A DNA stretch of 32,000 nt from Clostridium felsineum DSM 794. Its GTDB lineage: Bacteria > Bacillota > Clostridia > Clostridiales > Clostridiaceae. This document shows positions 25,094-32,000 of this stretch, piece after piece; the first letter of the stretch is position 1, and each line of letters starts with the position of its first letter. The translations under genes were made by a program, and so were the position numbers. A model generated the notes under the pieces. It was given only the letters and a program-made list of their open reading frames with translations. It searched no databases and was not told the DNA's origin. The stretch covers positions 3,828,814 to 3,860,813 of the forward strand of contig NZ_CP096980.1 of NCBI RefSeq assembly GCF_002006355.2, written 5' to 3'.

Positions 25094-26599
25094 TTAAACT
25101 CCAGTTTCTCTCCAAACACTTTCATATTTATATCCAGTAAGATTTTCAACAATTGCTCTTGTTTCTGGAGTTACATCTTGTTTTATCCCATTATTTTTTA
25201 GACGTTCTACTTCATCTACTAATATACCATGTGTTTTCTTGTTAAGTTTGAAAGTTATAGCACAAATTAAAGCTATACCAAGCAATGCTATACATCCAAT
25301 GGTTAATAAACCTGCTATAGTTGATACTACTTGTGGTGATTGAGTTGCTTGTCCTTTTACAAATCCGCTTTCTTGTAATACAACACCTGTAACAAATGTA
25401 GCTAAAGCAACACTGCTCTTTCTAGTGAAGGTCATAACTGCTGCATAAAGACCTTCTCTTCTTTGCCTTGTAACCATTTCATCAACATCAGGGATGAATG
25501 GAAATACATTCCATGGAGTAAATTCTAATAAACTTCTTCCAACCTGATAAATGGTACCAATTACAAATAATAAAACAATGCTTGATCCTAATTTGCCTAC
25601 ATAAAGCCCATAAAATGCTAATATACATACAATCATTATTGAGTAAGACATCTTATACAAATTACTTGGTCCAACTTTAATCATTAAAAATCCACCTAAG
25701 ATTGTTACAGGTATACCAATTATACTAAGTGAAAGTACATTAGCTGCAACAGTAGATGAAACACCCAAATTAAACACACAGAAATATACGAATACTGAAT
25801 TAAATAAATCTTTAGCAGTAAATGAACATATATAAATTGCCAAATGCTTTCTAAAAGCTTTAATTTTTAAGGTAGATACATAATCTCCTGCTACTTTTAT
25901 AATTCCTACTATTCGCTCACCTAGCCCCTTACTTTGAGAGCCTTTTAATAATTCTTCTTCCATTTCAGGTGTAATATCTCTTTCCCAAGTTACTCTATGT
26001 GATATTAATATACAAATTGCATATATAATAGCAAAAATTAATCCATTAATGAAGTATGCTTGTGCACTCTTTTCTCCAAAGAAAGCTATTAATCTTCCTG
26101 GAACAAAGGTAGCTAAAAATGTTCCTGTTGCTGATATAAACATTCTTGATGCTGATAACTTAGTTCTATTATTAAAATCTTTTGTCATTTCAGCAGGCAA
26201 TGTTTCCCATGGAATCAATACCATTGCTGCAATTATTTCAAATAGTAAATAAGTAACTAAATAGAATATATAACTTCTTCCTGTTACCCATAATAACGCA
26301 TAATCTGCCATTAAAGGTGCTCCAATTAATAAGAAGAAACGACGTCTTCCAAAAAATTTTCCAAGCTTAGTTTTATAAAAATTATCGGATATACTTCCTA
26401 TAAATAAACTGGCAACTGCATCTACAACACGGGCAATAGCAATAATGGAGGCACCTTGAATTGGTGTTAATCCTGCAAATGTTGTATAGAAAAAGAGTAA
26501 AAAGGCTCCTATAATGGTGAAAGCACCACCACCCATTAAATCAACTAATCCATAACCAACGCCTCTGGCAATTGTAATCTTTCTATTCTTATTTGACAT
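25094..26599 (-). CDS. Glycoside-pentoside-hexuronide (GPH):cation symporter family transporter (glucuronide/hexuronide-type)
   Basis: About 12 TM helices. The N-terminus is ITIARGVGYGLVDLMGGGAFTIIGAFLLFFYT and a GRRRFFLL loop motif is present. The ATG at 26599 has GTGAGGA 8 nt upstream. The ORF-track start (TTG 26665) adds 22 non-hydrophobic codons with no SD. Confidence 0.8.
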   Translation of the reverse strand: MSNKNRKITIARGVGYGLVDLMGGGAFTIIGAFLLFFYTTFAGLTPIQGASIIAIARVVDAVASLFIGSISDNFYKTKLGKFFGRRRFFLLIGAPLMADYALLWVTGRSYIFYLVTYLLFEIIAAMVLIPWETLPAEMTKDFNNRTKLSASRMFISATGTFLATFVPGRLIAFFGEKSAQAYFINGLIFAIIYAICILISHRVTWERDITPEMEEELLKGSQSKGLGERIVGIIKVAGDYVSTLKIKAFRKHLAIYICSFTAKDLFNSVFVYFCVFNLGVSSTVAANVLSLSIIGIPVTILGGFLMIKVGPSNLYKMSYSIMIVCILAFYGLYVGKLGSSIVLLFVIGTIYQVGRSLLEFTPWNVFPFIPDVDEMVTRQRREGLYAAVMTFTRKSSVALATFVTGVVLQESGFVKGQATQSPQVVSTIAGLLTIGCIALLGIALICAITFKLNKKTHGILVDEVERLKNNGIKQDVTPETRAIVENLTGYKYESVWRETGV

Positions 26600-27259
26600 A
26601 TATTTATCCTCACTTTCTCCTTTTAGAGATATACCATGCGAAACTTCAAAATTAATTTGTATCAAAACGCTATCTTCAAAGCATTATGATGCAAATTGAT
26701 TTTGGTCGTTGAGCCGGTATATCCATAATCATGTCCATACTTATCTTTCATTAAATTGAAAATATGTTTTTGAATTTTCGTAACATATATCTTGAACAAT
26801 CTTTAGATATTTATCCATATATATATCTTTACTAGTAATTAAATTGAAATTAATTCTTCTAAAATATTTGTGTCTTATATATGAACAGAACTACAAGTAA
26901 ACCTTTACATTGAGATTAATAACTTCTTTAGCTTTATGTGATATTCTAATATAACTATAAACTCATCATTTTCTACATTTTATTTTAAAATCACATCTCT
27001 TATCGTAAATGCATCATCCATAGGTATTTATAATTTTAAAAATACAGCTAATTTACCTTCCTTAACTTAATCATGTTCCAAACCTCTCTTATTGTTTTAA
27101 TACTCTAATGGAAGTTGTAAATTAGCATGTTTTGTGTTATAATTTGCTTCATGTTATTTTTCTTAAACATTTCTATCATTATTTGTTTATATTATTTGGC
27201 AGAGTAAATACATGAATAATGATAAAATGTTTATTTTTTATATATCTAATTATCCTAAA

Positions 27260-28873
27260 TTATTTACCCTCTAAATACTTTTCTAAAGTTGACCTTACAG
27301 CACCTACTCCTGAAATCATTTCATTGAAATAACCAACGATTTTTTCTCCTAAACCTACATTATAAAGATTCACACCAAAAATTTCTTCATTTATTAGTAT
27401 AGGTTTTAAATCATCTTCAACTAATTCTTTAGTACATAATTTTATATTACTTACATATTTCTTTAGTTCATCTAATAAAGGATCTGGACTTAACTCCATT
27501 GTATTACCATTATCATCTATTCCCATTAAATATCTACACCAACCTGCAAGAACAAGAGGAACATATTTAAGTTCTCTAGGATTCAAATCTTCTCTCTCAC
27601 TGTAAGCTTTAATTGTTTCTCCAAATCTTATACCAACTTTTTGAGATGTATCTGAAGCAATTCTTTGAGGGGTATCAGGTATATATGGATTTGGAAGTCT
27701 AACTTCAACTACCTCTTTAATAAAATCTTCAGGATCTATTATTCCAGGATTTACAACAACAGGCATCCCTTCTTCGTATCCAATCTTTTCAACTAATTTC
27801 TTTAAGGCTGGATCTTTCATTTCGTCTGCGATTAAATTAAATCCAAGAAGACATCCAAATACTGCTAAAGAAGTATGTAATGGATTTAGACAAGTACAAA
27901 CCTTCATTGTTTCAATTCTTTTTACAGTCTCTCTGCTTGTTAGAAATACACCTGCATCTTCTAGAGGCATACGACCATTGGGGAAGTTATCTTCTATTAC
28001 GAGATATTGTGGTCCTTCTGCATTAACAAAAGGTGCTATATAAGTATTTTTATTAGTTGTTATAATCTTAGTACTGTCAAAGCCATCTTTTTCTAATGTA
28101 TTCTTAACGCTTCGAGATGGTCTAGGTGTAATTTTATCTATCATACTCCAAGGGAATGATACCTTTTCATTATTATTGATATACTTAAGAAAATCTTCTT
28201 CTACAAGTCCATTTTCAATCCATTTCTTTATCATTGTTTCCATTGCATTATGAAGCTTCTCACCATTTTTTGAACAGTTATCCATACTTACAAAAGCTAT
28301 TGGAAGTTGTCCGTTTTGATATCTTACATATGCTAAGGATGCAACTTTAGCAATAATACTTACAGGATGTTCTAGTCCATCTGTTATATCTTCTTCTAAT
28401 AAGTTCTTCACACTATAACCTTTTTCTGTTATTGTAAAGCTTGCTATTTGCAAAGATGGATTTAAAAATATTTCTTTTAATCTATTCCAGTCTTTTTCTC
28501 TTGAGTAATCACCAGCCAAACTTTCCCCTATACTTCCTACTACTTTTTTTTCCAAGTTTCCATCTGGTTTCATAATTACTAACAAACTTAAATCATCACA
28601 AGGAGAATAAATTTTATCTATAATTTCATAATCATATCCTTCTACAGCAATAATGCCCGTCTCTGTTTCTCCATTATTTAGAAGTTCTTGTTCTAGCATT
28701 GCTATAAAACCTCTAAATATATTTCCTGCTCCAAAATGAACCCATGTAGGATTTTTCTTTGTTAACGCTAACATTTTATCATAATCAAATTTGGGAAGCT
28801 CTATTCCAGCCTCTTCCCAAAGTTCCCTCTTTTTAATAGATTCTTTGCTTAGTACCAATCTGGCATTATTCAT
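27260..28873 (-). CDS. uxuB: Mannitol dehydrogenase-family oxidoreductase, probable fructuronate reductase (D-mannonate oxidoreductase)
   Basis: The N-terminal Rossmann motif is VHFGAGNIFRGF, and the long-chain mannitol-DH family length fits. It lies immediately downstream (24 nt) of uxuA. I prefer the ATG at 28873 (GAGGTG 9 nt upstream) over the ORF-track GTG at 28885. Confidence 0.7.
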   Translation of the reverse strand: MNNARLVLSKESIKKRELWEEAGIELPKFDYDKMLALTKKNPTWVHFGAGNIFRGFIAMLEQELLNNGETETGIIAVEGYDYEIIDKIYSPCDDLSLLVIMKPDGNLEKKVVGSIGESLAGDYSREKDWNRLKEIFLNPSLQIASFTITEKGYSVKNLLEEDITDGLEHPVSIIAKVASLAYVRYQNGQLPIAFVSMDNCSKNGEKLHNAMETMIKKWIENGLVEEDFLKYINNNEKVSFPWSMIDKITPRPSRSVKNTLEKDGFDSTKIITTNKNTYIAPFVNAEGPQYLVIEDNFPNGRMPLEDAGVFLTSRETVKRIETMKVCTCLNPLHTSLAVFGCLLGFNLIADEMKDPALKKLVEKIGYEEGMPVVVNPGIIDPEDFIKEVVEVRLPNPYIPDTPQRIASDTSQKVGIRFGETIKAYSEREDLNPRELKYVPLVLAGWCRYLMGIDDNGNTMELSPDPLLDELKKYVSNIKLCTKELVEDDLKPILINEEIFGVNLYNVGLGEKIVGYFNEMISGVGAVRSTLEKYLEGK

Positions 28874-28897
28874 CCTTATTTTCACCTCTTCAAAATT

Positions 28898-29959
28898 CTA
28901 TTTATTTTTTTCTAATGAATCCCATATTCCCCATAAGTACATAATTCCAAGTGCTCTATCATAAAGTCCATAACCTGGTCTACATTTTTCATTCCATATA
29001 TGTCTTCCATGATCTGGTCTTACATATCCAGTAAATCCAATTTCATGATAAGCTTTTACTATTTCACATATATCTAAGGAACCATCACAAGTTCTATGGG
29101 ATGTTTCCATGAAATCACCATTCTCATAAATCTTTACATTTCTAATATGAGCAAAAGCAATTCTATTTCCAAATTCTCTTATCATAGCTGGTACATCATT
29201 ATTAGGATTTGAACCTATAGCTCCGCTGCAAAGGGTTAAGCAGTTATAAGGGCTATCAACAAGCTTTAATAATCTTGCTAAATCATTTCTATCCTTAACA
29301 ATTCTTGGTAGTCCAAAGATTGACCAAGGTGGGTCATCCGGGTGTACTGCCATCTTGATATCATTTATTTCTGCAATGGGTATAATTTGTTCTAAAAAAT
29401 ACTTTAAATTATTCCATAAATCCTCTTCTGTTACATCCTTATATGCCTCAAAAAGCTGTGATAAATTTTGAAGTCTTTCCGGCTCCCAGCCTGGCATCGT
29501 AAGCTTTGGATTTGATGCTATTTTATTAACTAATTCCATTGGATCTATATCTTTAATCTTTGCTTTTTCATAGAAAAGAGCTGTAGATCCGTCTGCTGCC
29601 TTCTTATATAAATCTGTTCTAAGCCAATCAAATACAGGCATAAAGTTATAGCAAATAACCTTTACTCCAACTTTAGCTAACTTCTCTATTGTTCTTTTAT
29701 AATTTTCAATATATTTATCTCTAGTTGGTAATCCTAGCTTAATGTCTTCATGTACATTAACACTTTCAACAACATCTATGTTAAAGCCATGTTTATCAGC
29801 TATTTTTCTTACTTCTAAGATTTTTTCCATAGGCCATTCTTCACCTGCTGCCATATCATGAAGAGCCCAAACAATTCCTTCTACTCCAGGAATCTGCTTA
29901 ATTTGTTCAAGTGTGACGGTATCATTTCCTTCTCCATACCATCTAAAAACCATTCTCAT
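28898..29959 (-). CDS. uxuA: Mannonate dehydratase
   Basis: Strong colinear similarity to E. coli UxuA: FRWYG, VESVNVHEDIK, VICYNFMPVFDWLRTDL, MAVHPDDPPWSIFGLPRIV, RPDHG. SD AGGAGG lies 9 nt upstream. Confidence 0.9.
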   Translation of the reverse strand: MRMVFRWYGEGNDTVTLEQIKQIPGVEGIVWALHDMAAGEEWPMEKILEVRKIADKHGFNIDVVESVNVHEDIKLGLPTRDKYIENYKRTIEKLAKVGVKVICYNFMPVFDWLRTDLYKKAADGSTALFYEKAKIKDIDPMELVNKIASNPKLTMPGWEPERLQNLSQLFEAYKDVTEEDLWNNLKYFLEQIIPIAEINDIKMAVHPDDPPWSIFGLPRIVKDRNDLARLLKLVDSPYNCLTLCSGAIGSNPNNDVPAMIREFGNRIAFAHIRNVKIYENGDFMETSHRTCDGSLDICEIVKAYHEIGFTGYVRPDHGRHIWNEKCRPGYGLYDRALGIMYLWGIWDSLEKNK

Positions 29960-30109
29960 AGTTGTATTCCTCCTGTCTTTTTTGTGTATTCTCTTAACTT
30001 TAGTTTAGCTATATAATTTCAATAAGAACATAAAAGTTCTAATTTCATATTTTATATAAGCCTCACCTCCCTTAATTACTTACTAATTAAATAATCTATA
30101 GTTAATTTA

Positions 30110-30781
30110 TTATTTAAAATAATTCGGATAGATTTTTTTCACTTCGTTTTTATCAAAAGTAACCATATTTAAATGTTCCTTCATAACTTCTTCTGCTTTC
30201 TCTGAATCTCCATTTTTTATAGCATTAAATATTTCTTCATGCTGCATGTAGATATTATCCCAGTTAGGGTTAACTTCTAATCTGAGCATACGGATTCTTT
30301 GAAACTCTAAACTACCATCATTTATGCTCTCCCATACTCTTTTTTTATTACTTCCTTCAAAAATTATCTTATGAAATTCTTCATCTGCTTCAAACAATTT
30401 TTTATTATCATGATTTTTAATATACATTTTTTGCAGTTTCAAATTCATTTCTAGTGATAATATTTTTTCTGGAAAGAATTCCTTGCATGCTTCCTTTACT
30501 ACAGCTCTTTCTACATGCTCACGTAAAAATCTACCATCCTCAACAGCACACAAATCAATTAAAGAAACAACTGTACCTTTTTGAGGATAAATATTAACTA
30601 ATCCTTCTTGTGCTAAACGAACAAGCGCTTCTCTTACAGGAGTTCTACTTACACTATATTTTTCTGAAAGTTCTTTCTCCGAAATGCTAGTTCCAGGTTC
30701 AAGGTATAAATTGATAATTTCTTCTCTAATCTTATAATATATAGTTTTACTTGTAGTATTTTTTCTTATATCCAATGTCAT
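30110..30781 (-). CDS. GntR-family (FadR/FCD subfamily) transcriptional regulator of the hexuronate locus
   Basis: The winged HTH is ISEKELSEKYSVSRTPVREALVRLAQEGLV. The helical FCD-like C-terminal domain contains His residues (EFHKIIF, MQHEEIF). I prefer the ATG at 30781 (GGTGAAGAAG upstream). The ORF-track ATG at 30814 has no SD and lies inside the operator palindrome. Confidence 0.8.
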   Translation of the reverse strand: MTLDIRKNTTSKTIYYKIREEIINLYLEPGTSISEKELSEKYSVSRTPVREALVRLAQEGLVNIYPQKGTVVSLIDLCAVEDGRFLREHVERAVVKEACKEFFPEKILSLEMNLKLQKMYIKNHDNKKLFEADEEFHKIIFEGSNKKRVWESINDGSLEFQRIRMLRLEVNPNWDNIYMQHEEIFNAIKNGDSEKAEEVMKEHLNMVTFDKNEVKKIYPNYFK

Positions 30782-30808
30782 TATCTTATTCTTCTTCACC
30801 TTTCTATT

Positions 30809-30826
30809 TACCATACTTGTATGGTA
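30809..30826. promoter_or_regulatory. Palindromic operator TACCATAC-TT-GTATGGTA (proximal copy) in the gntR-like gene leader
   Basis: Perfect 8-2-8 inverted repeat with a GT...AC core typical of GntR/FadR-family operators. It lies 28-45 nt upstream of the preferred start codon. Confidence 0.5.
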
Positions 30827-30910
30827 GTTTGATTTATATTACATATATCTTACTATTCTTATAATATAAAGTAAATAATTAACAACTAAATTTTTTCAAC
30901 ATATATTAAA

Positions 30911-30950
30911 ATAGAAACTACTACCATACTTGTATGGTAGTAGTTTCTAT
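30911..30950 (-). terminator. 19-bp perfect hairpin that embeds a second copy of the operator core; probable terminator of the decayed upstream gene plus distal operator
   Basis: ATAGAAACTACTACCATAC-TT-GTATGGTAGTAGTTTCTAT, with T-rich flanks on both strands. The inner 18 bp (30922-30939) are identical to the proximal operator at 30809-30826. Confidence 0.5.
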
Positions 30951-30972
30951 TTTATCACAACCGTTTACAATG

Positions 30973-31296
30973 TCAAGTATACATTTTATTCTTATCTTTA
31001 TAAAATTCAATATACTCAGTTAAAATAGTGAATTCAATAAAATCTCTATTTTTGTTTTGAAGCAAAACATGTAACTCATATTTATCATTTACTTTATATA
31101 TTTCATCATAAATTCACCATGAATTTTCTAGTGACCCATCCTGTTTTATTATATTATAATTTTTAAAAATGACTTTCTCTATATTCGTAAATTTACTATT
31201 ATTATCAAAAAATAATACTAAAAATTTATCTCCTTCATTTGATTTTACAATCATGGAAATTAATATTTCCAACTATATTTTTATAATATATTTCAT
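30973..31296 (-). pseudogene. Decayed small gene (108 codons) with in-frame TAG and TGA
   Basis: One continuous minus-strand frame reads MKYIIKI*LEILISMIVKSNEGDKFLVLFFDNNSKFTNIEKVIFKNYNIIKQDGSLENSW*IYDEIYKVNDKYELHVLLQNKNRDFIEFTILTEYIEFYKDKNKMYT*. The internal stops are at 31275-31273 and 31116-31114. Protein-like sequence continues across both stops, and the frame ends just before the hairpin at 30950. Confidence 0.4.
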
Positions 31297-31314
31297 ATTC
31301 TTTAATGGCTTTTA

Positions 31315-31643
31315 TTACATTTTTTTATTTTGCTCACAAAATTGAGTTACAAAATCTATTACCCTACACAATGCCTTGGCTAATACAAAAACTCTAATAT
31401 CTGGTATCTCATTTAATATGTTTTGAGGTAATGTCTTCTTAATATAGTCTTGCTTTAAAATATATTGATTATGAAATTTTTCTTTCTGAATCAAGCCATA
31501 TATAATTGTTGAAAATATTCTTCCGAAAAATTTTCCGCTTGTTTTTCTTCTTCTAAATCTAAATGAAAACCTATCTTTTGACACAACTCATGCCGTGCTT
31601 TTGTAAAATATTTAATTGTTTGTATTGCTTCTCTCTAGTTCAT
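31315..31643 (-). pseudogene. Frameshifted gene remnant (includes the 89-aa track ORF)
   Basis: The frame from ATG 31643 reads MN*REAIQTIKYFTKARHELCQKIGFHLDLEEEKQAENFSEEYFQQLYMA*. The protein-like continuation LIQKEKFHNQYILKQDYIKKTLPQNILNEIPDIRVFVLAKALCRVIDFVTQFCEQNKKM* lies in another frame. The basic FRFRRRKTSGKFFGR start of the 89-aa ORF looks like an off-frame reading of LDLEEEKQAENFSEEYF. Confidence 0.3.
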
Positions 31644-31897
31644 ACAAATATATCGTTAAACTTCACTTAAATTTTCCAAGTTTAATATAAAAATATAGTT
31701 TAATTATCAAACCAAAATAATATTCTTATTTTCCTATCCCTCTCAACTACTTCTATATATTCCTCTTCTCAACCCCAACCTTTTAACCTTTTATATATGA
31801 CCAATCATCTTCCCAATACCAATAGTCACTATTAATCCACTTTTTTTATCATTTAATTTTAAAGTAAACTTCTGTATTTTTAAAAGATTCTATATGC

Positions 31898-32000
31898 TTA
31901 GTTAATTCTCTCCAATTTTATCAGTACAATACCCTTGTTATAAAATAAATCAGGGTCTTGAGGGTTGCACTGTATTACTTGATGAAAATAATCTAATGCT
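31898..32000 (-). pseudogene. C-terminal fragment of a TPR-repeat protein (partial at window edge, possibly truncated or decayed)
   Basis: The minus-strand frame from 31999 reads ALDYFHQVIQCNPQDPDLFYNKGIVLIKLERIN*. It fits the TPR consensus (A..YF..xIxxNPxxxxxxYNKGxxL), but the stop falls in the middle of a repeat. Confidence 0.3.

Noticed and set aside
26049-26252. Plus-strand 67-aa ORF antisense to the GPH transporter
   Set aside because: It is embedded antisense in a 12-TM transporter gene.
26600-26665. N-terminal 22-codon extension of the transporter ORF (TTG start at 26665)
   Set aside because: It has no SD. The extension MIQINFEVSHGISLKGESEDKY is not transporter-like. The internal ATG at 26599 has a good SD (GTGAGGA, 8 nt upstream).
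31315-31584. 89-aa minus-strand ORF as an intact gene (possibly a transposase fragment)
   Set aside because: It has a GTG start without an SD. Its first ~25 residues (FRFRRRKTSGKFFGRIF) look like an off-frame reading of a more protein-like frame (LDLEEEKQAENFSEEYF). I found no DDE or HTH transposase motif and no flanking inverted repeats. It is treated as part of a frameshifted remnant.
30973-31643. In-frame TAG codons as pyrrolysine or other recoding
   Set aside because: TAG is used as an ordinary stop by several solid genes in this window (the pelA-like gene at 954, the 526-aa gene at 15836, the RtcB fusion at 17432 and the RR at 24160). An in-frame TGA and a frameshift occur in the same region, and no pyl genes are visible. 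Decay is the simpler explanation.
1-32000. CRISPR arrays, rRNA/tRNA genes, IS elements with terminal inverted repeats, integrase or attachment sites
   Set aside because: By eye I found no regularly spaced direct repeats of 24-40 nt, no tRNA cloverleaf-like GC-rich islands, no DDE transposase or recombinase ORFs and no long terminal inverted repeats. The inverted repeats that are present are explained as terminators or operators.

Overview
This is an AT-rich (by eye under 30% GC) Firmicute segment that looks Clostridium-like, with about 25 credible genes, mostly on the minus strand. No rRNA, tRNA, CRISPR array or intact mobile element is visible. Left end (1-5842, minus): a Gram-positive Pel-type exopolysaccharide operon in the order pelD-pelE-pelA(deacetylase)-pelF. 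PelD carries an N-terminal SDR/epimerase fusion and a degenerate GGDEF domain with an intact RxxD I-site. Middle: AI-2E transporter, DUF4317-like protein, SAM methyltransferase, a Met-specific T-box leader driving a divergent MetRS, a small conserved protein, a stand-alone UvrC N-terminal-half nuclease, an APC amino-acid permease and a LacA/RpiB-like isomerase. The most unusual part is 15836-20960 (minus): a terminator-bracketed, translationally coupled three-gene operon. It encodes an HTH-WYL-WCX protein, a second WYL-WCX module fused in frame to a catalytically intact RtcB RNA ligase, and a 526-aa protein I cannot assign to any family. I flag it as a candidate undescribed RNA-damage sensing/repair or counter-defence module. 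Right part: an OmpR/HK two-component pair upstream of a membrane-anchored beta-lactamase-fold serine hydrolase, with phased GTAAG(A) repeats in front of the hydrolase. After that comes a hexuronate locus (GntR regulator with twin palindromic operators, uxuA, uxuB, a roughly 600-bp gene-less gap, GPH transporter). The last kilobase (30960-32000) holds decayed gene fragments. All functional calls rest on motif and architecture recognition by eye; no database search was run.
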